Part shown: piece by piece, positions 39,895 through 50,071 of the stretch
Layout: the number at the start of each line of letters is the position of its first letter
Position numbering within the stretch: position 1 is the stretch's first letter
Assembly (NCBI GenBank): GCA_964489445.1
Contig: CAZAYU010000001.1
Location: 146,276 to 210,275, forward strand
Origin: an uncultured Planctomycetia bacterium
GTDB taxonomy: Bacteria > Omnitrophota > Gorgyraeia > Duberdicusellales > 4484-171
DNA length: 64,000 nt
Direction: 5' to 3'
Notes under the pieces: generated by a model
What the model was told of the DNA's origin: nothing
The model's input: the letters and a program-made list of their open reading frames with translations, nothing else
The model's database searches: none
Program-made: the position numbers and the translations under genes

Positions 39895-40817
39895 AAATCC
39901 TCAACCGCTCGAATAACCTTCTCCGGAGCTATCTTCATACATCCATAATCAAAACGACAATCAGAGCCTTCACAAGCTGGGCATTTAATATCCTCGTTTC
40001 TTAAAATTACTGCGTTACTAGACCAAGGCCCAAATCTAACAGCATCCGTTGGTCCGAATAAAACAACTTGATCGATATTTAGATAACTGCCTAGATGCAT
40101 AATTCCAGAATCAACACAAAGAAAAACCCGAGCATATTTTTCCAAAAGATAGGCTGCATCAGCAATGGTAGTTTTCCCTACTAAATCTATAACTGTATTA
40201 AAACTTAAAATATCCCTGTAAAAATCCTTCTCCTTTTCTTCGCCAAGGATAACCAAAGGATAACCTTTCTCAATTAATCCTCGCATAACCTCCTTCAAAC
40301 ATGAATAAGGATACCGTTTCAGCTCCGAAAGCGAAGAGCAAGCAACGAATACCGCTGGAGCAAATTTAATTTTTTGCCACTTTTTTCCCTCTTCCTCGCA
40401 AGGCACGATTTGACCACGAGATATTTTACGATTACAACCAGTAAACGCAGCGGCAATTTTTAAATATATATCCTTAGCGTGACCGCCCTTATAATGCTGA
40501 CGATAAAAAGGAGTGCATTGTTTAGAACCAATAACTACTGGCAAAAACGAATTTTTAAAATCAACGGTTAAATCATACTTACCCCGCAAACCAAAAGCAA
40601 ATTTTACTTTTTGTCGAAAAGACCACGACTTTTTAAATAACAATACTGCATCAATAAAATTATGCTCGAGAAGAAAATCTTTGGTCCGTACAGAAGCAAT
40701 GGCTGTGATTTTGCTTTGAGGATAATTATCCCGCAAACGATCTACTACCGGCAAGCCCATTAATGTATCACCTATATTAGTCGGAAAGTAAATTAAAATA
40801 TTGCTAGGCATCTTCAT
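39888..40817 (-). CDS. glycosyltransferase family 9 (heptosyltransferase-like)
   Basis: IGDTLMGLPV plus C-terminal CVDSGIMHLGSYLNIDQVVLFGPTD. Confidence 0.75.
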   Translation of the reverse strand: MKMPSNILIYFPTNIGDTLMGLPVVDRLRDNYPQSKITAIASVRTKDFLLEHNFIDAVLLFKKSWSFRQKVKFAFGLRGKYDLTVDFKNSFLPVVIGSKQCTPFYRQHYKGGHAKDIYLKIAAAFTGCNRKISRGQIVPCEEEGKKWQKIKFAPAVFVACSSLSELKRYPYSCLKEVMRGLIEKGYPLVILGEEKEKDFYRDILSFNTVIDLVGKTTIADAAYLLEKYARVFLCVDSGIMHLGSYLNIDQVVLFGPTDAVRFGPWSSNAVILRNEDIKCPACEGSDCRFDYGCMKIAPEKVIRAVEDLW

Positions 40818-41821
40818 TTGCCTATCATCTGTTTTGCCCGCAAATAAACTTCATCAACACTAATTAATTTCATGCAGATATTATCCTGGCAATTCAGTCT
40901 ATAGCAGGGAAGATGGCAACCCGTATCTTTTCTGATTATGACCACTCTTTTACCCCGCGGAGCAGTTATTCTTTCCAATGTCGGACCAAACAAAACCAGC
41001 GTACTTAATCCTAGAACCGCGGCCAAATGTGCCGGGCCAGAGTCATTAGAGATAAACAAAGTCATTCTTTTCATTAATGCTCCTAATTCCTTAAGGGTAG
41101 TTTGGCCGCAAAGATTCTCAGCTGATTCCTCCATATTCTCAATGACTTTCTGGATTAGCATTCTTTCTTTAGCCGCGCCGATAAAAATTACTTTGCAATT
41201 CAATTCTTTTGTTAATCGATCACTAAGACTAGCAAACTTTTTTGGCGGCCAACGTTTTAATTGCCAGTTAGCTGTAACATTTATCCCAACCAAAGGTGCA
41301 TTATCTTTAGTAATCTTCTCAATAATTTTGCTAGCCGCATGTAAAATTTTATCTGAAATAAAAAACTGAGACCGACGATCATCAATCTTAATGCCACAAG
41401 TTTCAAATAATGTAAGATAGTAATCTTGGCGATGAGTTAAACCAGAAGGCGCTGCAATACATTTAGTAAGGACTAATGAAGTTTTTGCACGTTGAAAACC
41501 AATCCGCTCTTTTATCCCAGCCAAATAACAAATGAAAGCTCGAGTAAAAGAGCGCTGAATAAAAAAAACTGTATCAAATTTCTTTGCTTTTAAAAGTTTG
41601 ATGAATTTTAGTTTAGCCCTAATATCTTTTTGCTGATTTTTCTCATCAAATACTATTACCTCATCAATATACGGATTATCAGTAAATATCTCTTTTACTC
41701 TTTCAACAGCCATCACCCCTAAATAACAAGAAGGAAATTTCTGTTTTATGGCCTTAAATGCTGGGGTAGTCAACACCGCATCGCCAAACCAATTCACCAT
41801 CACTACTAAAATCTTACTCAT
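40814..41821 (-). CDS. glycosyltransferase family 9 (heptosyltransferase-like)
   Basis: FGDAVLTTPAFKAIK plus C-terminal ISNDSGPAHLAAVLGLSTLVLFGPT. Confidence 0.8.
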   Translation of the reverse strand: MSKILVVMVNWFGDAVLTTPAFKAIKQKFPSCYLGVMAVERVKEIFTDNPYIDEVIVFDEKNQQKDIRAKLKFIKLLKAKKFDTVFFIQRSFTRAFICYLAGIKERIGFQRAKTSLVLTKCIAAPSGLTHRQDYYLTLFETCGIKIDDRRSQFFISDKILHAASKIIEKITKDNAPLVGINVTANWQLKRWPPKKFASLSDRLTKELNCKVIFIGAAKERMLIQKVIENMEESAENLCGQTTLKELGALMKRMTLFISNDSGPAHLAAVLGLSTLVLFGPTLERITAPRGKRVVIIRKDTGCHLPCYRLNCQDNICMKLISVDEVYLRAKQMIGK

Positions 41822-42585
41822 TAATAAGGGTTTTTTGGTTTTTTAAAAATATTATAGAATCCACTTAGTTTTGCCCAAAGACTAAGTCCTGAATCACTAT
41901 TGGTCACCTTAATCCTTCTTAAGGAAAAAATATCCAGAAAACGGGAAAATCCCCGGTTAGTAGCGCAAGCACACAAATATCCAGCTTCTTCAACATCGTT
42001 TAAAACCTGACGATTAAAACCACCTACAGGATAAGAAATAGTTTGTACATCTGCTCCATATGCTTTTTCTAGTAATCCTTTGGAGCCAAATATTTCTTTT
42101 TTTATTTGGTCAACGCTTAAATCAGGTAAATATTCATGGCTTAAAGTGTGCGAGCCAATGCGTACTTTAGTATTTTTTAAAAAATACTGGATATCTTCCT
42201 TAGATAAATATCCTTCCTCTCCGATATTGTTCGCGATAACAAATATCGTTGCCGGAAAATTAAACTTTTTTAATATTTCCACTGCCTTTACATTATCCTT
42301 GTACCCGTCATCAAAAGTTATAACTACCGCCTTAGAGGGAATTTGTTCCTTTTCAGCCAATAGCCGACAATATTTCTCCAAGCTAATAACCCGATATTTT
42401 CCTTTTTTTATAAATCCCATCTGTCGAGCAAATGTTTCTGGAGTCACTGCAGCATAAGTCTTGACTCTGTTTCCATCTAAAGAGTGATACATCAATATCG
42501 GCACAGAACTGTTTACATTAAGATAAACCCAAAAAGAACAAAACAAAACAGCAGGTACTGTCAGAATAATTAATATTTTCTTCAT
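41821..42585 (-). CDS. polysaccharide deacetylase family protein (NodB-like)
   Basis: TFDDGYKDN motif and a signal/TM N-terminus. 254 aa. Confidence 0.8.
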   Translation of the reverse strand: MKKILIILTVPAVLFCSFWVYLNVNSSVPILMYHSLDGNRVKTYAAVTPETFARQMGFIKKGKYRVISLEKYCRLLAEKEQIPSKAVVITFDDGYKDNVKAVEILKKFNFPATIFVIANNIGEEGYLSKEDIQYFLKNTKVRIGSHTLSHEYLPDLSVDQIKKEIFGSKGLLEKAYGADVQTISYPVGGFNRQVLNDVEEAGYLCACATNRGFSRFLDIFSLRRIKVTNSDSGLSLWAKLSGFYNIFKKPKNPY

Positions 42586-42602
42586 CTAGTTTATTTTAAA
42601 CT

Positions 42603-43685
42603 TCACTGAGTCAAATTCATTGCTTCCTTATACACTCTTTCGGTAGCCTCGGCCATCTTAGTGTAAGAAAAAGATAATGCGTCTTCTTTTGCTCGAATGA
42701 TAATTTTGTTTACAACGTCCGAATTGGACATTGTTTCCTCAATTCTCTTTTCCAGCTCTTCCCGGTTATATCCATAAAACAAAAATCCATTAATATTGTT
42801 TTTTATGATTTCTGAAATTCCTCCAGTATTGTAGCCAATCACCGGAACTTCCTTAAAAAATGCTTCAACAATTGAATAGCCAAATCCTTCTTTCCGAGAC
42901 GGAACTAGTAAAATGTTTACTGTGTTTAGAAATTCTCCGGATTCACATTGGACAAATTTAACTTTCTTGTTTAGCTTTAGCTTTTGAACGAGTGTTTTTA
43001 AGGCTACCTCCTGTTTTCCCTTACCAGAAACCAAAAAGTAAACATCTTTATTTTTTACCAAAATATTATGTAATGCATCCAGCGCCAAAAATTGGCCTTT
43101 TTCCTCAGAAATTCTGCCTAATATTCCGATTAAAAAATCTGCTTCTGTAAATCCATATTTTTCCCTTATGTTTATCCGAGAACTAAGACTTTCAAAATCA
43201 ACCCCATTGTACACTAACTCAATATTACGCTCCTTAAATTTTAAATCCTCTATTAAATATTTTCTTACAGCTTTACTGATTGCTATTGTTTTAACGCCGG
43301 AAATCTTAATAAGCCGCCTAAAGAATATGTGCTTGTAGAATCCGTGGAAAGTACTAATATAAGGAATTCTTGAGAGTTTCCACATAAGAAGCCCCAGAAG
43401 CTGAGTTACTCGGGTGTTAGCATGTATAACTTCAATTCTTTTAAGACGGCACCATCGAGAAAGGATTACAGCCGAAAATAATATTTTTATGCTCAATATT
43501 GATTTAGTGTCTATCGGTAATTTCTTATAGCCGACATTCTGTTCTTTTAAATATTTAGCCCATTCTCCACCGGAACATCCAACATAAACATTATGTTGTT
43601 TCTCCGATAGCCCCTTAGCTAAATTCAAAACATACCGCGAAAGTCCACCGGGATTAAGATGCGTGGTAAGAATAAGAATATTCAT
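42603..43685 (-). CDS. glycosyltransferase family 4 (GT-B, RfaG-like)
   Basis: C-terminal EGFGYSIVEAFFKEVPVIGYNTGGISEII is the GT4 E-x7-E region. 360 aa. Confidence 0.8.
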   Translation of the reverse strand: MNILILTTHLNPGGLSRYVLNLAKGLSEKQHNVYVGCSGGEWAKYLKEQNVGYKKLPIDTKSILSIKILFSAVILSRWCRLKRIEVIHANTRVTQLLGLLMWKLSRIPYISTFHGFYKHIFFRRLIKISGVKTIAISKAVRKYLIEDLKFKERNIELVYNGVDFESLSSRINIREKYGFTEADFLIGILGRISEEKGQFLALDALHNILVKNKDVYFLVSGKGKQEVALKTLVQKLKLNKKVKFVQCESGEFLNTVNILLVPSRKEGFGYSIVEAFFKEVPVIGYNTGGISEIIKNNINGFLFYGYNREELEKRIEETMSNSDVVNKIIIRAKEDALSFSYTKMAEATERVYKEAMNLTQ

Positions 43686-43702
43686 TACTTTTTAAAATAC
43701 AC

Positions 43703-45787
43703 CTATCTACGTAAAATTTCTCTAATCTTTACGAATACTTCCTGCGATGATATTTTACTCATGCAAACATTAGCTCTCTCTAGGCTGCATTTAGATTGAT
43801 AGCAATATGAACATTTCATTTTTTTAACAAAAATATGTAAGTTCTTGCCCTTCACTGCATGTCTCTGGGGGTCTGTCGGACCAAACAAGCCAATAGTCGA
43901 AACTTCTAAAGCTAACGCTAAATGTAAGGTAGCTGTGTCCGGAGTAATAAAAACTTTCATTTTTTTCATTACCTTCGGCAAGTCAGCCAAATTAGTTTTC
44001 CCGCATAAATTTATTGGATGTGGCCAAATACTTCTTTCGATTTTCTGAGCATATACTTGAGCATCTACATCTCCGAATAATACCACTTTAAACTCAGATA
44101 AATTCTTATTGATTAGCTCTATCAATCTAAAAGTATTTTTAAATGGCCAGGACTTTGATTCCCATTTTTTAGACCCAGACACGTTTATCCCAATAAATTG
44201 TGCATCAGGAAGCGAAAAAGATGATCCACCTTTCTTTTCCCAAAATATTAAACGTTTCTCAATAAGCTTAACTCCTAAAAGCTGCAAAATTTTTTCTTGC
44301 GACTTTAGTGGAGAATCTTTACGCTCATATTTTGCTTTTTTACCAATTAACCAGCCCCAACGTAAATTATAGCCAAATGAATAGCGGGGAAAGCTTAAAA
44401 AAGAAATCAGATGAGAAGTGCGACTGTTTTGCAAATCAACTAAATAATCAAAGGACTTGCGGCGAAGATGCTTGACAATATTTAGTAAACTACGTAATGT
44501 TTTATAATTCTCACCCAGAACAATAATTTCATCAACATAAGGACACTCATGGAATAATAGCCGATATTTTTTTAGAGTTAAGAGAGATATCTTGCTTTTT
44601 GGAAATTTTTTTCTAATTGCTTCTAGGGACGGGAGCACTAGCACTAAGTCCCCCAAGGAAGATATTTTAACAATCAAAATTCGTAAATCATTTATTGCCC
44701 GCTCGTAAACTTCTTTGGTTTCCATTAAGCACCTATCCATCACATACTTGCTCTCTACCTTTTTTCGTGCATTCTTAACTAATTCTGCTGCATAATCCGG
44801 ATTATTAAGTAGCTTTAAAATGCTATCAGCAATTTGTTCACTATTCTTTGGTTCGACTAATATTGCATCTTTACCATCATCGATTATCTCCTTAAATCCA
44901 CCCATATCTGTAGCAATCACCGGAACTCCACAAGCAAAACCCTCAACAACTACCCGGCCAAACGATTCCTCAATGACTGAGGGAGCCACAAGAATGCGGG
45001 CCTCCTCCAGAACTTTACCGATATTTAACTCAAACCCTACAAATTCTACATTATAATTTAATGAACAACGATTAACTAACATTTTTAAATGCTCAAGATA
45101 TTTAGCTTTTGATTTATCGGCAGATCCAATTATTTTTAGTTTAAGGTATGGATTGAAACGTACTACTTTTTTAAATCCTTTTATTAAATGTTCATAGCCT
45201 TTAGTAGGTGATATCCTTCCCACGGCAGCTATCACAATATTATTCTTCCGCTGGCTATAGTCCTTAAATGTAAACTCCTCCAAATTTACCCAACGACTAA
45301 TTACCACTATCTTCTCTTCAGGAACTCCAAAGTTATCCTTCATGTGACGAGCCACTACTTTTGAAGGGCAAATAACATATTTTCCCCATCCCATAACTTC
45401 ACTAAAAAACTTACTCTTATAAATTCCGTGAGCAGTAGTTACAAAATTTACACAACTTCCCCGGGAAGCAAAAAAACTAACCCATCCAGGCATCCGACTA
45501 CGAGCATGGACTACAGAAACTTTGTCTTTTTGAAGAATCCTTCTTAATTTTGGAATTTGCCATAGGATTAGTGGCGACTTCTGTGCTACTGGAAGCTTAT
45601 AATGTTTTACTCCCAATTGAAGCAACCCTTCCACTAGCCTTCCTCCAGAGCTAACTACAATATTGTCCACATCAGCCTCAGAATGTATATTCTGCGCGTT
45701 TCTTTTTTTAAAAAAACTAACCGCATCCACCACACCCCTTTCTACCCCGCCAACATTCATTCTTGGAAGAATTTGCATTATTTTCAT
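43703..45787 (-). CDS. bifunctional glycosyltransferase: N-terminal GT4 domain fused to C-terminal GT9 (heptosyltransferase-like) domain
   Basis: Residues 1-360 carry the GT4 motif (ESFGRVVVEGFACGVPVIATDMGGFKEII). Residues ~370-694 carry GT9 motifs (ILIVKISSLGDLVLVLPSL and ITPDTATLHLALALEVSTIGLFGPTDP). Confidence 0.75.
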   Translation of the reverse strand: MKIMQILPRMNVGGVERGVVDAVSFFKKRNAQNIHSEADVDNIVVSSGGRLVEGLLQLGVKHYKLPVAQKSPLILWQIPKLRRILQKDKVSVVHARSRMPGWVSFFASRGSCVNFVTTAHGIYKSKFFSEVMGWGKYVICPSKVVARHMKDNFGVPEEKIVVISRWVNLEEFTFKDYSQRKNNIVIAAVGRISPTKGYEHLIKGFKKVVRFNPYLKLKIIGSADKSKAKYLEHLKMLVNRCSLNYNVEFVGFELNIGKVLEEARILVAPSVIEESFGRVVVEGFACGVPVIATDMGGFKEIIDDGKDAILVEPKNSEQIADSILKLLNNPDYAAELVKNARKKVESKYVMDRCLMETKEVYERAINDLRILIVKISSLGDLVLVLPSLEAIRKKFPKSKISLLTLKKYRLLFHECPYVDEIIVLGENYKTLRSLLNIVKHLRRKSFDYLVDLQNSRTSHLISFLSFPRYSFGYNLRWGWLIGKKAKYERKDSPLKSQEKILQLLGVKLIEKRLIFWEKKGGSSFSLPDAQFIGINVSGSKKWESKSWPFKNTFRLIELINKNLSEFKVVLFGDVDAQVYAQKIERSIWPHPINLCGKTNLADLPKVMKKMKVFITPDTATLHLALALEVSTIGLFGPTDPQRHAVKGKNLHIFVKKMKCSYCYQSKCSLERANVCMSKISSQEVFVKIREILRR

Positions 45788-47589
45788 ATTATCCGCCTTA
45801 TTGCCTGTTTTAATATCTTTTGGTTTTCGTCAAAAATTATGGGCTTTTTTAACGAAGTTATTTCTATTTTATAAGGATTTCTTAGACAAAAAATAGCATC
45901 TTGTATCGACTCAAAAAAAACTCTTCGTTTATCGTCAGGACTTTCTAAAAATACACATACACATGGTTTTTTAAGGGAAATAATTTCAGAAACCATAGAA
46001 ATACTCTCGCTTGTAGTAAACACCACATCAGAAAAAAAAGAAAATCCATCAAATACAAAATTATAATTTTGCTCATTGGCAATGACTAATACTTCCTTAT
46101 TACAGAATCCAGAAAACTCACTTTTAATATACTCCTCAGCTTCTACAGGACTACGCCGAGAAGTACTGACAAGAACTTTGTATCCTCTTTTAAGAGAAAA
46201 TTCTTTGAATTTCGGCACAAATGCCTTTAAATTGTCCATAAATTTTTGTTTTCCTGAAAGGGGTCCTCCGACAAAAAAAGTAATTTTTTTATCATTGCCT
46301 AAATCAAAAAAGCTTTTGCACTCCTTTATTTTTTTATCTACATTATACGGATAGCATACTGCTCCTTTTATTATTACCGCATTAGAAGAAATCAAGCGAT
46401 CATGCTCAGGAATAATTGCCAAGTCAAATTGCCGCAAAGGTATATTAGGCCTCAAGATGACTACAGACTTAGCACCCAAATAAGAAGAAACCAATTTATT
46501 TATCGGAGCAATAAAACTTCCAGTACTCACAACGATATCCGTAAATTCCATGCTCAATGCCTGTTCTGCGCTTCGCTTGAGCAGAAAAGAAAGCCATTTT
46601 CCGGAAGATAATGAATGCTTCTCAGCGCACAACGCCACTAAATTAGCAAGTACTCGGCAAAAATAATTCTTATATTCTACATCTATAGACTTTGCTTGTA
46701 TATATTTATTGCCTTGTTTTGCTAATTCTAGGAATGCTTGCGACTGTTTAAAGTGGCCAGATTTACCGTCATTTAAAATTAATATCTTTTTATCTAGTTT
46801 CCGCTTGAACCTTTTATAGGGCCAAAAATAATACTCAGGTGATGCGGTTAAGTACTCTTGATAAATTCTATTGATTTGAGCAAGTAAATCTTCTTCACTC
46901 TTATTATGTGTCTCTATCGAATCTCCTATCACCGCTAAGTTAGAGAAAGCCTTGCGTCGATAAGCAAAACAAGGATATATTTTTTTATTAAACTTCTTAG
47001 CTAAATATGCTGCTCCACGGGGAGTAGGAACTAAATGTGAAAAAAAATCAACAGCGATATCATCTTCTCTTGCTCCGTGATCAACAGTCACCCCAATAAT
47101 ATAATTATCTTTTATGCATCTAATCAGATCTCTCACCGAAAAGCAAATCTTTACACCCTGTTTTATTCTCAGCTTGGTAAAAAATTTTCCCAACACACTA
47201 TTTTTTTGAGTTTGAATAAATATAGCAAATTTTCTCTGATTAGCAAACGCAAAATTATTAATTTCCCAATTACCAGAATGAATTGCAACCAACACCCCAC
47301 CGTCAGAACCAATTTTTTCGATACCTTCAATATCAACAGAATTTGGTATCCGGCTAAAAATTAAACTCTCTACCAAACTTAAACCAAAATTATAAAAACT
47401 TTTTTTAATTATTAACAAAATTTCCTTATGAGATTTACTAGGAAAAGCAATCTTAATATTTTTAAAGGCCGTTCTTCTTTTCCGCTTATTTAAATAAAAA
47501 GCTATGCCGATTGTTCTTCCTAAAAAATAAGAAAAACTTAACGGAGCTATCAATAATATTTTTTGAATTGTTTGCGCCAAATAATACAT
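45784..47589 (-). CDS. LpxL/HtrB-type lipid A acyltransferase domain fused to ELM1/DUF1022-like GT-B-like domain
   Basis: The N-terminal ~265 aa contains the HSGNWE (H-x4-E) acyltransferase motif. The C-terminal ~330 aa begins KILILNDGKSGHFKQSQAFLELAK, which resembles the ELM1-family N-terminus. Confidence 0.6.
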   Translation of the reverse strand: MYYLAQTIQKILLIAPLSFSYFLGRTIGIAFYLNKRKRRTAFKNIKIAFPSKSHKEILLIIKKSFYNFGLSLVESLIFSRIPNSVDIEGIEKIGSDGGVLVAIHSGNWEINNFAFANQRKFAIFIQTQKNSVLGKFFTKLRIKQGVKICFSVRDLIRCIKDNYIIGVTVDHGAREDDIAVDFFSHLVPTPRGAAYLAKKFNKKIYPCFAYRRKAFSNLAVIGDSIETHNKSEEDLLAQINRIYQEYLTASPEYYFWPYKRFKRKLDKKILILNDGKSGHFKQSQAFLELAKQGNKYIQAKSIDVEYKNYFCRVLANLVALCAEKHSLSSGKWLSFLLKRSAEQALSMEFTDIVVSTGSFIAPINKLVSSYLGAKSVVILRPNIPLRQFDLAIIPEHDRLISSNAVIIKGAVCYPYNVDKKIKECKSFFDLGNDKKITFFVGGPLSGKQKFMDNLKAFVPKFKEFSLKRGYKVLVSTSRRSPVEAEEYIKSEFSGFCNKEVLVIANEQNYNFVFDGFSFFSDVVFTTSESISMVSEIISLKKPCVCVFLESPDDKRRVFFESIQDAIFCLRNPYKIEITSLKKPIIFDENQKILKQAIRRII

Positions 47590-47590
47590 T

Positions 47591-48616
47591 TTAACTAGAG
47601 ATACATAGCAAGCGTTCTATATGCTTCTTTAATTCATTCTCTTCGACAATCACCAGCTCTACTTCCATAATAAATATATTAAAGTCCCGATTACTTCCTT
47701 CAAAACGATGACGATCCTTTGCTGTAATTAATAGACTCTTAATGCCTTCTTTTGCCATTTTTTCTGCAATAACATCCAAATCCTCTTGAGTCAACTGGTA
47801 GTGATCAGGATAAACAAACTGTTTTAGAGGATTAAGCCCTGTCTCCTTTATTTTATTAAAAAACCCCTGCGGATACCCAATAGCACAAAAAGCAGCTATT
47901 TTTTTTCCTTTTAACTCTGATAAAAAAACCTCATTATTATCTCTGGTTGAAAATTTTTTTACTTTGTAATGCGAAAAATATACTTTAGACTTAGATGCTA
48001 TATTCAATATCCGTTTTTTAACTTCCGATAAATTCTCTATCTCATCGGAATAATTAATAATAATGATGTCTGCCCTCTTTAAGGATGATAACGGTTCACG
48101 AAAAAAATAAGCAGGAATTAAATTATGCGTTCGCTTGAATTCACGTGACCCCATAATTACAATATCTATATTTCGCCACAAACAACGGTGCTGAAATCCA
48201 TCGTCCAAAATAAAAGCATCAAAGGACAAATCAAGATTTTCTGCTAATTTTGCCCGGTTTTTACCCTCAAACACATTATTAACTTGAGATCTTAACAACT
48301 CACCTTCGTCTATCCCGTAACCACGTCGCAAGATTGCCGTTTTAAGACTTACGGAAAGATGCTTGTAGAGCCACATACTAAAAGAAGTCTTTCCTGAACC
48401 AGCCCAAGAAATATTTCCAATGCTAATAACTTTGGCTTTTGAATGATATACATCAGTAATCTTGCAATTATAACAAGCATTTCTCAAAAATATTACCCCG
48501 CCATACAGAAGAGATAATAAGTAAAAAACAGCGTAGGCTAACACCTCGAAAAAGTTTTTTTTATCTTTCTCTATAAACGTTAGATACCATCTTGTTATCC
48601 TCAGATATCGCTTCAT
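47591..48616 (-). CDS. lpxK: tetraacyldisaccharide 4'-kinase
   Basis: P-loop VISIGNISWAGSGKTSF. 341 aa. LPS context. Confidence 0.8.
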   Translation of the reverse strand: MKRYLRITRWYLTFIEKDKKNFFEVLAYAVFYLLSLLYGGVIFLRNACYNCKITDVYHSKAKVISIGNISWAGSGKTSFSMWLYKHLSVSLKTAILRRGYGIDEGELLRSQVNNVFEGKNRAKLAENLDLSFDAFILDDGFQHRCLWRNIDIVIMGSREFKRTHNLIPAYFFREPLSSLKRADIIIINYSDEIENLSEVKKRILNIASKSKVYFSHYKVKKFSTRDNNEVFLSELKGKKIAAFCAIGYPQGFFNKIKETGLNPLKQFVYPDHYQLTQEDLDVIAEKMAKEGIKSLLITAKDRHRFEGSNRDFNIFIMEVELVIVEENELKKHIERLLCISS

Positions 48617-48624
48617 TGGTTAAA

Positions 48625-49992
48625 CTAACTATGCCCCATAGAATTTCGAATTAGCTGCAGGTTCTTTGATAAGCATTTTTTTTCCTTTTGAAACACCTTA
48701 ACACACCCTTCAGCTAAGCTCTTCCTTAGTTTTCTATCATCTAGTAATCGCAAAATGCTGTCTTTGAGCTCTGCTGGATTATTTACCTGAATTCCCGCTT
48801 TCTTTTCTAATACAATTTTTTTAATATCTAAAAAATTATTCATATAGGGACCAAACAATGTCGGTTTTGAAAAATAAACCGGTTCAAGAATATTATGTCC
48901 ACCACAAGGGGAAAGACTCCCTCCCACAAAACAAATATCCGCAACGCCGAACAAAGATAACAGTTCTCCGAGCGTATCCACAACAAATACCGAATTCTCC
49001 GGAGTTGAATCGCCAGTCGCTTCACTAATCTTTATTGGCTTAAACTCCGCTAGAGCTATCACTTTCATAACACTTTCTATCCTCTGAAGATGACGGGGAG
49101 CAATAACTAACTTTAAATTATTAAATTCCTTCAAAAGATCTTTGTAGATGTTTATAATAATCTCTTCCTCTGGATGATGAGTACTTGCTGCAATAAGAAT
49201 CAATTTGTCGTTTTTATTAAAGTTTTTAACCTCGGTGGTTACAAATTCTTGCTGTTGGCTTATATTCAATTGGGTACTAAGTGATGTTTCAACTAAAGGC
49301 AAATTAAACAGCGAAGAATATTTTTTTTGAATTTTTAACATCTTTTCTTTGGCAGGTAGAATGCTTTCAAATTTCAAATTACCGGAAATAATTAACTTTT
49401 CTGCATCCGCCCCTAAGGAAATAAACCTCTTTTTATACATCTCATTTTGTACACCAATGTATAGACACCGATTGATAGTTGATTTAAGTGCCTGATTTGT
49501 CCATCTATATCTTTGGTACGCACTATCTGATATTCTCCCGTTGATGATGACTATCGGAATATTTTTTCTTTTCAGCTGGTAAAAAAGGTTGGGCCAAATT
49601 TCTGTTTCCAATCCGATGAATACTCTGGGATTTATTACTTTTATAGCTTTCCTGAGGACAAAAGAGATATCTAAAGGAAAAAAAATAATCTTTGCTAGTT
49701 TTGAATACTTTCTTCTAGCCATTAAATTCCCTGTTAAGGTCGTAGTAGAAATAACGATCGGACAACCATATTCATCCTTAATTTTAGTTAGTAAATTCTC
49801 AATTAAATTCACTTCTCCCACACTAACCACTTGCAACCAAATGCTCCGATTTGGAGAAAACCAGCTAATGCATCCCAACCTTTCTTTTAAAGACAAAAAA
49901 GTTATTTTTTTACGCCAAAAATACACAGGGAGATAAATTATAAACCCAAACAAGAAAACTAAATCATAGATTAAAAACTTAATCTCTCTCAT
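48625..49992 (-). CDS. waaA: 3-deoxy-D-manno-octulosonic acid (Kdo) transferase
   Basis: SIWLQVVSVGEVN (compare WaaA IWLHAASVGE). 455 aa. N-terminal TM helix. Confidence 0.85.
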   Translation of the reverse strand: MREIKFLIYDLVFLFGFIIYLPVYFWRKKITFLSLKERLGCISWFSPNRSIWLQVVSVGEVNLIENLLTKIKDEYGCPIVISTTTLTGNLMARRKYSKLAKIIFFPLDISFVLRKAIKVINPRVFIGLETEIWPNLFYQLKRKNIPIVIINGRISDSAYQRYRWTNQALKSTINRCLYIGVQNEMYKKRFISLGADAEKLIISGNLKFESILPAKEKMLKIQKKYSSLFNLPLVETSLSTQLNISQQQEFVTTEVKNFNKNDKLILIAASTHHPEEEIIINIYKDLLKEFNNLKLVIAPRHLQRIESVMKVIALAEFKPIKISEATGDSTPENSVFVVDTLGELLSLFGVADICFVGGSLSPCGGHNILEPVYFSKPTLFGPYMNNFLDIKKIVLEKKAGIQVNNPAELKDSILRLLDDRKLRKSLAEGCVKVFQKEKKCLSKNLQLIRNSMGHS

Positions 49993-50071
49993 ATTTTCTT
50001 TCCTCTATCCATTTTTTCTTCTATCAATCTATACCTTCCAATTTAATATTTTTCTTATCACTTAAACATTC

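Noticed and set aside
40938-41369. 143-aa plus-strand ORF
   Set aside because: Antisense to a GT9 glycosyltransferase gene. Shadow ORF.
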